Part shown: in pieces, positions 1 to 12,620 of the stretch | Layout: the number at the start of each line of letters is the position of its first letter | Position numbering within the stretch: position 1 is the stretch's first letter | Source: Octopus sinensis | Lineage: Eukaryota | Assembly: GCF_006345805.1 (NCBI RefSeq) | Contig: NC_043004.1 | Span: 69,316,001 to 69,380,000, forward strand | Direction: 5' to 3' | Length of the DNA: 64,000 nt | Program-made: the position numbers and the translations under genes | Notes under the pieces: generated by a model | What the model saw: the letters and a program-made list of their open reading frames with translations, nothing else | Told to the model about the DNA's origin: nothing | Databases searched by the model: none

Positions 1-92
1 CCGTGATAAACGAGGAAAGATTTTATAACCGAATCCCCGTGATAAACGAGGAAAGATTTTATAACCGAATCCCCATGATAAACGAGGAAAGA
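1..92. repeat. 36-bp tandem repeat, about 2.5 copies, cut by the window edge
   Basis: CCGTGATAAACGAGGAAAGATTTTATAACCGAATCC at 1-36 and 37-72, partial third copy at 73-92. Confidence 0.9.
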
Positions 93-470
93 GGTACTTT
101 CTATCGGTTAGAGATTAAAGTAGCGTTTATCATGCGGCAGGTGGGTGGGGTGCCATGAAGATTGAAAAGTGAGCGAATGACTTGCCGTGTTAAATGAAAT
201 TAAGATGGTACCTGCCCGGTACCATGGTGGTTTATTTTAATTTTTTTTCCATTAATAAATAAGGTGGGGAAAAAATTTCTACAATATTTGAGTCGGGGAA
301 TTATATTTGTCGATTTGAGAAACACTGCGTTGTAAATCGGGTTAGTCAAGGTCGGAGAGCTGTAGTTTTATTAGAAGTCCGTCGCCCCCCCCCCCTCAAT
401 CGTCTCTATGTGTGTTTGATTGATTAATTTCCCAAAAGCTTGACATCCGGTATTGGTTAATTTACATCAT

Positions 471-620
471 TGCAACTTAGCGGCTCGGCAAATGTGACAA
501 GACCAGTAGAATAAGTACCAAACTTTAAAAAACGTACCGGAAATAGATTTGTTCGGCTAAAACCCTTTAAGGTAGCACCCCGGCATGGCCGCAGTCCAAT
601 GATTGAAACAAAAGGAAAAG
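471..620 (+). mobile_element. SINE family A, 3' fragment
   Basis: ACTTAGCGGCTCGGCAAA...AGAATAAGTACC...GCATGGCCGCAGTCCAATGATTGAAAC matches the 3' half of the full copies (e.g. 24953-25368). Confidence 0.7.
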
Positions 621-1299
621 ATAATGTAGATAGCCGAGAAACCAAGAAACAGACGGAATGGTCGTGGCTGGAATGTCTTTTCTTTAATCATGTGTAATGT
701 AGTCCTAGATACATTGTCTAAAATTAATATGGAATGGTCATGAACTTCAATTTTTTTTTTTTTTTTTTGCTGTGGGATATTCGCAAAAATTTTCTTGTGT
801 GCCAATTAAGTCTGTATTTTGTAAAGTACGTGCATATCCATGCGAGTCTTTAATTGAAAACAAAATTCGATTTCCTCTTAAAGAAAATGTGTGCACATTT
901 TTTCGTTTGTGCACTCGTCTATCAACCAATCTATCCATAACTAGCACTATGACCCGTGCTAGTGCATGCATATACAGCTGCGTGCGTGCGCACATACACG
1001 CAAGTACTGTCCAAATCTCCGACCAATCACATACAGCTAGCTGGCATTCAATTGGCGTATCAAGTTTCAGGCATTTTGATTGGGTTTTGGATAGAAAATT
1101 CTCAAAAATGTCACTTCTATTGATTTTTTAATGGCTTTGCTGGGTGACTGGGGAAATGTAAAGATGTGCACGACCACCCTTGAACGGTTTTGAATGACCA
1201 TTGAAAGTGCGAGCCCTCTAACTGAAAAATTGTGGATTTGTATAAAGGACACACACACACACAGACAGACATTTTGCCGTTTATATATAGAGAGATTGC

Positions 1300-1640
1300 C
1301 GCACACTTCCTGGGTAGGTCGTGGAGTGGGACTTTGAGTTCCCAGGCGTCTACTGAAGCAACTGCCGTTACAAATTCTGGGTGGATTCCCAAGCATGACC
1401 AACTTAGACTATGGGTGTTATCTAACCATCTCATTCTTGGTCCCCTCATAGGTTTCCTGCTGAATGGCTCGTGTCAAGGAATCTGTCTTGCGATATTTTC
1501 CCCTGCAACATTCTAATCAAAAAGTCCGCAGTATCGTAACGACGATCTCTCAATGCGAAGAAGTGGAGTCTCTCCACCAGGAGAGACTCCCTGATCTCAG
1601 AGCTACTTATGCACCCTGTCGAGTAACGCTACTCCAAAAA
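1300..1640 (-). mobile_element. Degenerate RTE-clade LINE ORF2 C-terminal remnant
   Basis: Frameshifted minus-strand translation gives EIRESL...LLRIERS...RM...GPRMRWLDNTHSLSWSCLGIHPE, resembling the RTE/Rex3 C-terminus (RPRGRPRxRWxD motif). Boundaries approximate. Confidence 0.7.
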
Positions 1641-2649
1641 TCTGTCGAAGGAACCCGATTTTGGCCGCTTGTATCCGCGATCGTACACTTTCCGTCATTA
1701 CCGTAGACGAAGACAGGTGCGCGAATCAAACAGAAGGTAGCGACTTTGGCGCTCGATGTACATATAATTCTCTCCCTTCTTAAAAGTTGCTATCATTGCC
1801 GCTAGGTTTTAGTTTTCCTCAACTAAATGGCAAATTCCAATTAATACTTTTTTACGTACGGCATTTGGTTCGTCAGCTCTTGACGTATAAAAACTGAAGT
1901 CAGAGTTGGTGTTTTTTTTTTTTATCGCACTGTATTTGTATTTCGTCAATGTTTTCTTTGTGTAAAACTTTTTCTCTTTCTTTTTTTAAACTCCAAAATG
2001 TTAAAATTCCTGCAAATATCTAGTTGGAACCCTACAGTGGTAATAGCTTCTATCCTTTCTACTTTTTTTATTATTTTTTTTTTAGGGACAACAACAATGA
2101 ATAAATAAATAAAGAGTAGATTGTGGGGTGGGGGGTGGAAGGGATTTGAAAACATTTTCTCAAGTTTGACGTAAATCAGCAAAGGGAAGGGGGAGGGTGA
2201 TGCGATAAACAGTGAGTGGGAGTGAGAGGTGTAGGCGAGCTGGACAGTGAGAGAGGGGTAACGGGAGACGGAGAGATAAGAGTTGCGTGTGATGAAGAAA
2301 GATACACGTTTACGAAATGGTGGGGACGGTGGGAGCGGGGGCCGGTGGTGGTGGTGGTGGTAACAGGTGATGATATAAACAGAAGTAAAAGCGAGATAAC
2401 GGGTGTATATATATGTAAGAGAGAGAGAGAGAGAGGGAGTCTGGGGTGAGTGTGTGTGTGTTTATATGTAAGCTATTCAGGTTGTTGGCCATCTCGATGA
2501 AATGTTGATTCTATTCTACGTTGGCTTTCTTATTTGTTATGATTCAAAAAACACTTGTTTGCTAAATGCCTCTCGGCCAAACATCCATTCGCCTCCACCG
2601 GCTTCTTTTCTCATCGTCGAATTCAGAGCATAGCAGTGTGTGTGTGTGT

Positions 2650-2850
2650 TTATCTTTTATCTTGTTTCAGTAATTTGACTGCGGCCATGCTGGGGCACAA
2701 CCTTCAAGGCTTTGCTCGAATAAATCGAACTCGGGGCTTACCTTTGTTTTTTAAAGCCTAGTACTTATACTATCGGTCTCTTTTCGCTGAAGCGCCAAGT
2801 TACTGGGGCGTAAACACACCAACACCGATTGTGAAGCGGTGGTGGAGACA
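2650..2850 (-). mobile_element. SINE family A, 3' half
   Basis: CTTGTTTCAGTAATTTGACTGCGGCCATGCTGGGG...GTAAACACACCAACACCGATTG is the reverse complement of the family A tail. Confidence 0.85.
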
Positions 2851-2885
2851 GCTCTCCATATATCTATCTATCTACACACACACAC

Positions 2886-2935
<50 letters not shown>

Positions 2936-2937
<2 letters not shown>

Positions 2938-3270
2938 TAGTTATCGCCATACTTATATGGCAGTCTTACAAATATAAGACTAAAGCTGTCGCTGATTAAC
3001 TCCAAGAGGCCACCGCCTCAAGCTAGCTATTTGACACACGAACCTGCGTCCATTATAAACCTTCGAACAGGGGAGGTCAGCCGCTTCATCCTGCCAGTCA
3101 GACAGCTGCAGGCATGTTTCAGGGTATTTGCCCTTTATCAATGCAGCGTAGTCAGACCCAGCAGGTGTCGCTACTGACTGTCCCTGTTCGAAGAATCTAT
3201 TTACCTAGTTTCAGTGGAATACATCCACTTGTTTTCAATAATAGAAATATTTAAATTGCTAAGTCTATAT
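2936..3270 (-). mobile_element. Probable Penelope-like pseudo-LTR fragment carrying a minimal hammerhead
   Basis: Abuts (TA)n at about 2890-2935 and contains a hammerhead fold at 3105-3147. Family assignment is inferred; boundaries approximate. Confidence 0.5.
3105..3147 (-). ncRNA. Minimal type I hammerhead ribozyme, variant core, probably inactivated
   Basis: Minus strand GCUGCA-UUGAUAA-AGGG(CAAAUA)CCCU-GAAA-CAUGCC-UGCAGC: perfect 6-bp stem I, 4-bp stem II, U3-A8 core pair; cleavage triplet is GCC instead of GUC. Confidence 0.7.
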
Positions 3271-3513
3271 ATATAATTATAACAATGAGGGTCTTTGCAA
3301 CAAGTTGCTAGACCACATACCGAAAGTATTAGAAATAGCAGCCAGAGGACTGTTATTTCTTTTACTACAAAAATATCTCCCCACTGACAACAGTATTTGT
3401 AACTCATTTTATGGCAAAAAGACGAAGTAAAATAACGAAATCAACCAGTCCCACGGTCAATTATGGACGCACGTTTCTGGATTAGAATCGAAGATTCATT
3501 TCCTTTATCAAAA

Positions 3514-3668
3514 GGCTTCTTTCAGTTTCTATCTATCAAATCCACTCACAAGGCTTTGGTCGACCCGAGGTTATAGTAGAAGACACTTGCCCAAGGTGCC
3601 ATGCAGTGCGACTGAACCTGGAACCATGTGGTTGGGAAGCAAGCTTCTTACCACACAGCCACGCCTAC
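3514..3668 (-). mobile_element. SINE family A, 5' half
   Basis: Reverse complement of the head GTAGGCGTGGCTGTGTGGTAAGAAGCTTG...GGTTCAGTCGCACTG (Pol III B-box-like). Confidence 0.85.
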
Positions 3669-3694
3669 ACACACACACACACAAGATCTACTTG

Positions 3695-4050
3695 CATATC
3701 TTATGTTTTACTCATTTCAGTCATTGAACTGCGGCCATACTGGAGCATCGCCTGGAAGGGTTTTCAGACAAATGAATTTAATCCCACTACCTTAGTTTTT
3801 AAAAGCATGTTACTTATTCTACCAGTGTCTTTTGCTGAACCGCTAAGTTACGGGAATGTAAACACATCAACACCTGTTGTCAAGCGGTGGTGGCCACGCG
3901 CACGTGCATATATATGCCTCGGGCTTCTTTCAGTTTCCATCTACCAAATCCTCCCACAAGCCTTTGGTTAGCCCAAAGCTATAATAGAAGACACTTGCTT
4001 AATGCCACACAGTGGGACTGAACCCAGAGCCATGTGGTTGTGGCACGAAT
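3695..4050 (-). mobile_element. SINE family A, diverged near-full copy
   Basis: Both head and tail motifs are recognisable in reverse complement. Confidence 0.8.
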
Positions 4051-4724
4051 TTCTTATCACAGTCACTCCTTTCGGCTTTATAAACGACATTGACATGTTC
4101 ATCTTGTATGCTTTTTTTAATATTTTGTATTTCTATATTCGTAATATGACTTTTATTCTGCTCGTTAAATACTTTTCCCCATCTTGTTCTCTTTCATCAA
4201 TAAATTGCAGCAATAATATATTGGTGCAGATTCTTCAAATCTGTTAATTTTATTTAAAGAACAGTTACTGAAACAGACTGTTTGACCTAGTTCTTCCAGA
4301 CGACTATTATGGGCGAAATTTCCGGCCATTACTTTAATGTGTCCAATCTATAGATGAATGAGATGAATAGGGCCAAAATGAGAAACAATTGGCCAAAATA
4401 GTATTGGTGCTTTAAAAATAGAAGGGATCTTACTTTCAAACGAAGCTCCTTTTAATTAAATTTCTATCTATGCACTTACAAATTTCTATCTTGTATGTGA
4501 ATATTTTTAAAAAGGATTCTGAAATGATTTTCAGATTGTCTGTGTGCGTGCATAATGTACAGGTTTTGCTTATTTAGACAGAGATGATTTTTAAAATGAG
4601 AATATCTGAAATAAGCTCAACTGCTCTCACAAATGAGAATACTAAAATTGAACCCTGACTGCTCTAAAACATTTAGTAAAAGAAACAAGGAAAGTAGTCC
4701 TGAATCCTTGTCTGGTACTCTTTT

Positions 4725-4997
4725 ACTCTCTTTTACTCTTTTACTTGTTTCAGTCATTTGACTGCGGCCATGCTGGAGCACCGCCTTTAGTCGAGCAAAT
4801 CGACCCCTGGGCTTATTCTTTGTAAGCCCAGTACTTATTCTATTGGTCTCTTTTGCCGAACCGCTAGGTGACGGGGACGTAAACACACCAGCATCGGTTG
4901 TCAAGCAATGCTAGGGGGACAAACACAGACACACAAACACACACACATACATATATATACATATATACGACAGGCTTCTTTCAGTTTCCGTCTACCA
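4725..4997 (-). mobile_element. SINE family A, 5'-truncated
   Basis: (CTCTTTTA)n tail, ...GACGTAAACACACCAGCATCGGTTGTCAAGC..., internal (CA)/(TA) microsatellite. Confidence 0.9.
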
Positions 4998-5074
4998 AAT
5001 CCGGATCGATACCAAAATCTAATCAGTTCATGCCAGACACAAGGCCAAACATCCCTGAAAGTTGCATCTGAAAG

Positions 5075-5238
5075 GCACCCACTATACTCTGTAAAGTGGT
5101 TAGTGCTAGGAAAGGCATCCAACCCTAGAAACCACGTCAAACACACAAGTGGTGTCTGGTGTAGCTGGGGAGCTGGCCAGCTCCTGTCAAAGCCGCCAAC
5201 CCATGCCAGCATGGGAAACAAGATGTTTAATGATGATA
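5075..5238 (+). mobile_element. SINE-like family C ((GAT)n tail), 3' part
   Basis: GTGGTTAGTGCTAGGAAAGGCATCCA...CCCATGCCAGCATGG...AATGATGAT matches the other family C ends. Confidence 0.75.
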
Positions 5239-5535
5239 TTTAACTCATGTGACATTATGGCTGAGAATTGTCCTCATCCCATTTGTAACAACACACCTGT
5301 ATAAATCTGGATTTGCTTCTGTTTTATCAATGTAGACAAAATCTAGGACTCACTGAATTTACAGACACACCTGTAGCTTGTCTGCAAGAAAGTGCCACAT
5401 TTTAATAAAGTCATGAAGGAGAAGCAGATACAAAAAACTCATTGAATTTTATGTTCACAATTTTGATTATTTCCTCTGTTTTTGCGGGGTTTTTTGTTTT
5501 GTTTTCAAATTGCTCAATTTATATTTGCATTTTAG

Positions 5536-5945
5536 ACTCAGGTGTGGCTGTGTGGTAAGAAGTTTGTTTCCTTCTTAGGAAAGGTGGTGAGCTAGCAGAA
5601 ACGTTAGCATGCCAGGCGAAATGCTTGGCGGTATTTCGTCTGCCGTTACGCTCTGAGTTCAAATTCCGCCAAGGTCGACTTTGCCTTTCATCCTTTCGGG
5701 GTCGATATATTAAGTACCAGTTTTGCACTGGGGTCGATGTAATCGACTTAATCCGTTTGTCTGTCCTTGTTTGTCCCCTCTATGTTTAGTTCCTTGCGGG
5801 CAATAAAGAAATAGGAAGTTTGTTTCCTAGCCATTTTGTTTTGAGTTCAGTCCCACTAGATGGTGTTTTGGACAAATGTCTGTTCCTACAGCCCTGGGTC
5901 AACCAAAGCCTTGTCAGTGAGTTTGTTGAATGGAAACTGCAAAAT
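5536..5945 (+). mobile_element. SINE family A head interrupted by a family B SINE
   Basis: Head GGTGTGGCTGTGTGGTAAGAAG at 5541-5562 resumes after 5815. Confidence 0.8.
5573..5814 (+). mobile_element. SINE family B with Tx1-like tail, 14-bp TSD
   Basis: Head AAGGTGGTGAGCTAGCAGAAACG, B-box GAGTTCAAATTCC, body GGTCGACTTTGCCTTTCATCCTTTCGGGGTCG; TSD GAAGTTTGTTTCCT at 5559-5572 and 5815-5828. Confidence 0.92.
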
Positions 5946-8819
5946 GCCTAAAAGTGTGTTTGCATGTGCTGCTGTCATCTTGTCTTGATTTTGCTTAATA
6001 GTTGCAAACAAGTGTCACATCATGCAAGCAGTTTCCTTTTTCTCCATTCCTCTGTAAAAACGTCTTCTGGTCATGGGGAAAGTTAACCTTACTTGAAAAC
6101 AGGTGAGGGTCAGCAACAGCAAGATCATCTAACCCTAGGAAATCTTCCTTGACAAATTCTATCCAATTCATGCAAGCATGTTAAAGTGCATGTTAAGACA
6201 ATGATTTTATGCGCTGAGTCACCAAAAGCTTTAATTTGTTCACCAACAAACACTACCTTGTGAGTGAATTTGGATTAAGAATTTAAAAAAAAAAACTATA
6301 AGTAATTAGTAAATTAATTTGTGTTGCTACTTTTGTGAAATGGAAATTAATCAAACACTTCATAAAACTATCAAGAACCATTGGCCTAGTCAGTTTGCTG
6401 AAGTGGAATAAAATATTATGTTGTGCAAAGAAGAAAATTTAGCTTTGTTCTGGACAGGAATCTTCAGCTGGTTCTGCTTGAGATGTTAAAATTCTCATCC
6501 TTGCAACAAAATGATTTATTCCACCTTGCTAACTTTTTGTACTTACTATTTACTGACAGCATAGACCAGCTTTGGTTTCCATGGTTTCTAATGTTAACAC
6601 TTTACAATATTAACTAGACTAGGTTTAAGTTTACATGTACTAAATGGGGGGAAAAAAAAGTTATGAAGAAAGAATGAAAGGTTATTGAAGAGTGAATAAG
6701 ATGGCATCAAGATACTTTCTCAAATCAACCGATATATTTATTCTTGTTAACTTCACTTGATCATTAAATTCAGTCAGAGAAAAGTCCAGTCAAAAGAGTT
6801 GAAGACAAACATATATGTTACTTATATGTGAAAGTGTTATGTTGTAAGTCTGCATATAAGCAAGCTGTTTGAGAAAGGTGAGCCTTAATGTGAATTGTGA
6901 AAGAATTGTCTTTTAATGCCATTGCAGGCAAGTGTGGCATCCTGCTACATCTTTAGACGATTTCCAAAAAGATGTTAGAATCGAAGATATTTGTAAGAAA
7001 GAAGTGACAGTGTTCTAGAATGTGAATGTTCTTTCTACAATTTGATGCATAATTACAACAGCAGTGGGTTTTTAATGTTTGCTGATAAGTTACCACAACA
7101 CCTTTCATTAGCTAGAATAGTGTGTGTCTATCTGTCTGCATAAGAAGTCCAACACTTGCAGTTATTTTATTTCCCACTATGGCTTTGTTGATTAAACAAT
7201 GCCCTTTTCTAAACTGATGTTTAGAAAGAGGGATTGATTTGCTACACAATGTCTACTGAACTTTCGCAACACCCCTACCCATCATTAAAGGAGATTTTGT
7301 TTTCATGTATTATAGTATTAGTCCTGAAGTGGAATTTGAAACAGCCAGGCAAAATGCAAAGACTGGTAAATTTTAACTCATAATCATGGACTAGAAAATT
7401 CAATTCCATCATCCCACATCCATTGAGCTACATTTTATCTGTTTCAAGTGAGGATATTTCTTTTGGAATTAATTTTTTTTTCTTGTTTGGTTAGCCACAT
7501 GTTAGCCCTGACCTAATATACGTATGATCAACAGTCTTCTGGTCCTGGCTAACCAATCTGCTTTTGCATATCCAGGATTACTTTAGCTAACACGTTTCTC
7601 TGTATTTTTTTAGGACAGCGGATAGGATGTGATTTGAGGGAGATTTGACTGCTATTTCTTGCAGTTTGAGCAACTGCATAGTGGCCTCAAACACTTGATA
7701 GCAAGTCTGCTGTTTCATTTAGAAATTTTCTTAATTGATTTTGTGGTGAAACTTGCATAGTTTACTGATGTCTTTTTTTGCTGAATATTTTGTGCAGCTG
7801 AACATCTCTCCATTCACTGTGCCTTTGTTCACTTCATTAAGTTATCTTTGATTGATCTTCAGATATCTGAGAGCACTTGAAAATGTCATTCTAATCACAT
7901 CTATTCCTTCATAAGCGCTGCATGATAAATTGTCAATATCTGCTACTGGTAGCAATCTTTCTAACTGCCAGGTGGGCATACTTCACTGCATCAAAATGTT
8001 TTCTGCATTTTCAAGCATGTTCCCACATGACAAATGGCTTCAGCATGTAGCATTTTGATTCAATGCAAGACCTTCTTCAACATCAGTAGTTTCCAACCTT
8101 TGCCCATTGCAATAACCTGTCTAGGCAGATCAGTAATCCAGTGTGGCTTTTCTTTTAGTTGTTAGATTAAGAAAGGAAAAGAATCCCAAAAGCAAGTTCA
8201 TCATAGAAGACTTGAGCATTAATGTTCTGTTGCTGATGATCTGGTAAGGTTGACTGGACATTCAGCCTGAGTTTGCAGTAGTACTTTTTAGCACTGGAGG
8301 CAAACACACTCACACATGCACATGCAGAAATATAAACGTACAGAGAGAGAGAGAGAGAAAGAGAGATTACAATTTCTTAATTGAACATGATTAATGTAAA
8401 TACATTCCTGCTTTTTACACACTTAAAAGAGAAATATGCTCACATACTTAAACAAAGAAAAAGGAGAAAATAGGGGAAACCTTAAAATGTCTAATGTCAA
8501 AATAAGTCGGCATTGAATTTCTGATGCCAAATAGGAGGCAGTGCCAAAACGGCTTTGCCAAAATGTCTCATCCCTGTTGTGGTTGAATCACAAAACTGCA
8601 ACCTAACCTGGCAGCTGACAAAGTTCCACTGCATTGGAACTGTATCATGGTCATTGACTCAGTTCTGTGTCAAAACTTGCTGTCAAAGTTTTAGTTTTCA
8701 TTAATACAATTGTGATGTTTTAACTGGCACAGTTCCACTGCAGTGCAACCATGTCCAAGTCAAAGTTCAGTGACAAAAACTTGAGGTGTCAAAGTTTTCA
8801 TTACACAACTCTCACAGCT

Positions 8820-9270
8820 CATCATCATCATCGTTTAACGTCCGCTTTCCATGCTAGCATGGGTTGGACGATTTGACTGAGGACTGGTGAACCAAATGGC
8901 TGCACCAGGCTCCGATCTTGATCTGGCAGAGTTTCTAAATCTGGATGCCCTTCCTAACGCCAACCACTCCGAGAGTGTAGTGGGTGCTTTTACGTGCCAC
9001 CGGCATGAGGGCCAGTTAGGAGGTACTGGCAATGGTCACGCTCAAATGGTGTTTTTTACGTGCCACTTGCACAGGAACCAGTCCAGCGGCACTGGCAATG
9101 ACCTCGCTCGAATGTTTTCTCATGTGCCAGTAAGGCGATGCTGGTAACGATCATGCACGAATGGTGGTTTTTACGTGCCACTGGCATGGAAGCCAGTTAG
9201 CTGCTCTGGCAATGACCACACTTAGATGGTGCTCTTAGCACTCCACTAGCAAGGATGCCAGTCATAGAAT
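8820..9270 (-). mobile_element. SINE-like family C with internal tandem module
   Basis: (CAT)n tail, TTTAACGTCCGCTTTCCATGCTAGCATGG, three repeated TTTTACGTGCCAC units. Confidence 0.9.
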
Positions 9271-9285
9271 TTGATTTCGATCACA

Positions 9286-9450
9286 AGACAAATTCTTCAA
9301 GCTGAGTCAACTGGCAAGAGACCTAGGAGTAGACCACAAGTGAGATGGTTAGGAATATCCATAGTTTTAATTGGTCACACTTTGGAATCCAGTGGAAAAG
9401 TGTAATGACAATTGCTTCAGAGATGATGCAATGGAGGTGGTGCCTCCTCA
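9286..9450 (+). mobile_element. Degenerate RTE-clade ORF2 C-terminal remnant
   Basis: RQILQAESTGKRPRSRPQVRWL, frameshift, then NIHSFNWSHFGI...QWRWCLL; related to 1300-1640. Confidence 0.7.
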
Positions 9451-10189
9451 GGAATAGTAAGCAAAAATGGATGGAACTGTGACATGATCAATGGCACAGT
9501 TGAGTGATAATAACTTGAGCTGTCAAAGTTTTCATCACACAGTTGCAACATGGTTACAAGCACTGCTCTGTTGCTGTGGAATTGTGTCAGCAAACTGGTC
9601 AATTTTTATGATGAAAGAAATTTCAATTTTAACACTACATGCATGATCGTTGTAAATGAGTATCACTGTCATACAAGCAGTGTCACTCACTCCCAATATT
9701 TTTCGAAAACACGTCTGGCATGAGGAAATATTACCTTGTCTGGAAACGGGGGAGGGCTGGCAAGAAGGTCATCTGGCCATAGAAAATTTGTCTCAGTAAT
9801 CTCTATCTGACCCATGCAAGCATGGAGAATGGACATTAAAATGAGGAGGATGATATGGTATAATACACATGTAGCCCAGTACAAAAAGTTATTGATCCAT
9901 GGCTTAAATTATACCTTTGTGTTGTTCTTAATTCCATTATTGTTCCAATATGGAGGAATGGTAAAGAAGTTTTTATCATAATTATGAGGTCTTGGGTTCA
10001 ATCCCACTGCATAGCATCTTGAGCAAGTTTTTTTTTACCATCTATTCAGATTAATCCAAGCATTATGAATGAAAATTGGTTGACAGGAAGTGAGCAAAAG
10101 CATGTTGTTGATTGTATTTGTAACTTTTATGTGGCAACCGTGTCACATTGTTATATTGGTTCGGCCTATAAAGAATACACTTCCCAACT

Positions 10190-10515
10190 ATGTGGTCTTG
10201 TGGAGCACCTGGGTTAAGTCTCTTCTATTATAGCCCTGGGCAAGCCCAATGCCTTGTGAGTGAATTTGGTTGGTGGAAACTGAAAGAAGCCTGCCGTGTG
10301 TGTTTGTGTATGTGTCCCTCTCCACACTGCTTGATATCCAGTGTTGGTTTGTTTACGTCCCCGTAACTTAGCGGTCTTTCAAAAGAGACCAATAGAATAA
10401 TTACAGGCTTAGAAGAAAAAAGAGTAATAAACTAGTACTGGACTAAAACTATTCAAGGTGGTGCCCCAGCATGGCCGCAATCCGATGCCTGAAACCAGCA
10501 AAACGAAAAGAAGAA
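10190..10515 (+). mobile_element. SINE family A-related, diverged
   Basis: GAGTGAATTTGGTTGGTGGAAACTGAAAGAAGCC...GTTTACGTCCCCGTAACTTAGCGG...GCATGGCCGCAATCC. Confidence 0.8.
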
Positions 10516-10739
10516 TAAAAACCCGAATGTCTGCGGAATACTCGCCCACTTCGGATGTTTATTCAACGAGTTTAAGTTCATAATCGAATCATGTAGTTCA
10601 ATGCCCTGCCAGCACGCCTCTCCCTGACTGAACAGACATATTGTTAAAGGATGTCCAAGCCATGACCATCCCTTTTATTATTGTTTCTTAGTACCTCTTA
10701 GTTCGTGCCTGCAACCGCACCAGTAATGTGTGCGCGTGC

Positions 10740-11665
10740 ATTTGTGTCAAAAGTTGCTAACCAAATACATTATACACATATGCGCACGCTCACACTTACA
10801 TACATTCACGCACACTTACATACACACACTCTCTCAAACACATACACTCTCACACACGCACGCACACTCTCATACACATCCTCACACACACACACACACA
10901 CACACCTTCACACACCGTCACAAACACCCCTCATATACATACTCTCTCACACAATCACACACACTCTTACATACTTATACCTACACAACCTTACACACAT
11001 ACTTAGACACATACCCACACGCACTCACACACACACACACACACACACACGCTCTTTCCCCCACCCCAACCCCATACATTACACACGGAGCAACAAATAA
11101 AGATGTTGCTAATTGTTTTGAAATTTTATCAAATCCCATTCACATTATGAAGCCTAATTTAGCCAGTTTCTTCTAACGAATCCAGATCTTTTTGCATCTC
11201 TCGGCTAAAAATACACTTGCATCAGACAGACACGCATACACACGCGCGCACACACACACACACGCATACACGCGCGCACGCTTTTCATATCAAACCTTTT
11301 TAATATTACTATTACCACTTTAAGAAATATCGGTTTTCGCTTACGTTTCATCCCACCCCCTATCTCCACTACCTCTGCGCACACATATATCTGTGGATTT
11401 CCGAATGCACACACACACACACACACACACTGTTTCAATAGTCAATGTTTTGATTTCTTTATACATATCTACATATATATCTACATACATACATATGTGC
11501 AAATATGTGTGTACTTATACACATGAACACACGCATACATATAAGCACATGTATATATTGCGCACACTCGTATATATTGTACAGATTCATACACGCATGG
11601 ACATTAAACAAAACACACGCAGAGGACAATCCCTATACGATGTGTACACACATACACACACACAA
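10740..11665. repeat. Degenerate (CA)n/(TA)n/(CG)-mixed microsatellite field
   Basis: Near-continuous CACA/TACA runs; source of the His/Thr-rich pseudo-ORFs. Confidence 0.9.
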
Positions 11666-11687
11666 TAGTAAATCTATTCTCTTTTTT

Positions 11688-12080
11688 CTCTTTTACTTGT
11701 TTCAGTCATTTGACTGCGGCCATGCTGGAGCACCGCCTTTAGTCGAGCAAATCGACCCCGGGACTTATTCTTTTGTAAGCCCAGTACTTATTCTATCGGT
11801 TCTCTTTTGCCGAACCGCTAAGTGACGGCGACGTAAACACACCAGCATCGGTTGTCAAGCAATGCTAGGGGGACAAACACAGACACACAAATATATATAT
11901 ATATATATACATATATACGACGGGCTTCTTTCAGTTTCCGTCTACCAAATCCGCTCACAAGGCATTGGTCGGCCCGGGGCTATAGCAGAAGACACCTGCC
12001 CAAGATGCCACGCAGTGGGACTGAACCTGGAACCATGTGGTTGGTAAGCAAGCTACTTACCACACAGCCACTCCTGCGCC
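11688..12080 (-). mobile_element. SINE family A, full length
   Basis: From the tail CTCTTTTACTTGTTTCAG to the head end CCACACAGCCACTCCTGCGCC. Confidence 0.95.
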
Positions 12081-12620
12081 TAAATCTTTTTTTTTTTATC
12101 TTCGTTAAATAACTTTAGCTGGGTAGTATTTGCTGCATCTGGTTCCTCTGGCTGGCTTCTCTTGCATTCTTCAACTTGGTTTCGTGCTAGTTATACCCTT
12201 TTCCACCAAAACTATAACCACACACACCGAATGTAATACACACGTACACCGCATATTCACATATACCACATACACACACGCATCACATATGTACACACAC
12301 ACACCAAATATATCATTACGCGCGCACATATTACACACGCACCTTACTCACACACACACCAGATATACTCCACACACACACACATATGTAGACACACTCA
12401 GACACTCAGTGATGTTGGCTCAAGTGTTTACAGTTGTCATCCTTCTGATAACTGGTTACACACTAAGCAAAAGAATGCGTCAGAGAAAGCTATTCATATA
12501 AACAAACTTCTCTCTCTCTCGGCCCTTCTCTACTGATTCTTTCTCCCTCTCTCTCTCTCTTTCCCCTCTGTCTCCTTTTATCGTTTCTCTCTCTATCACT
12601 TTCTTTTCCTCCTTCGCTTG

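Noticed and set aside
1565-1590. Perfect 11-bp hairpin GGAGTCTCTCC-ACCA-GGAGAGACTCC
   Set aside because: Lies inside a decayed RTE coding remnant; probably a local template-switch product with no evidence of function
4617-4904. Recurrent short ORFs such as MTTDAGVFTSP..., MSSNARGTNTD..., MDGSTGVWEARR... at many positions
   Set aside because: Translations of multi-copy SINE consensus sequence
6770-7010. Possible decayed C2H2 linker (GEP*CEL) and possible terminal exon ending KKEVTVF*
   Set aside because: Cys/His spacing is not met, there are multiple stops, and splice signals are ambiguous
10705-11825. His/Thr-rich ORFs
   Set aside because: (CA)n-derived
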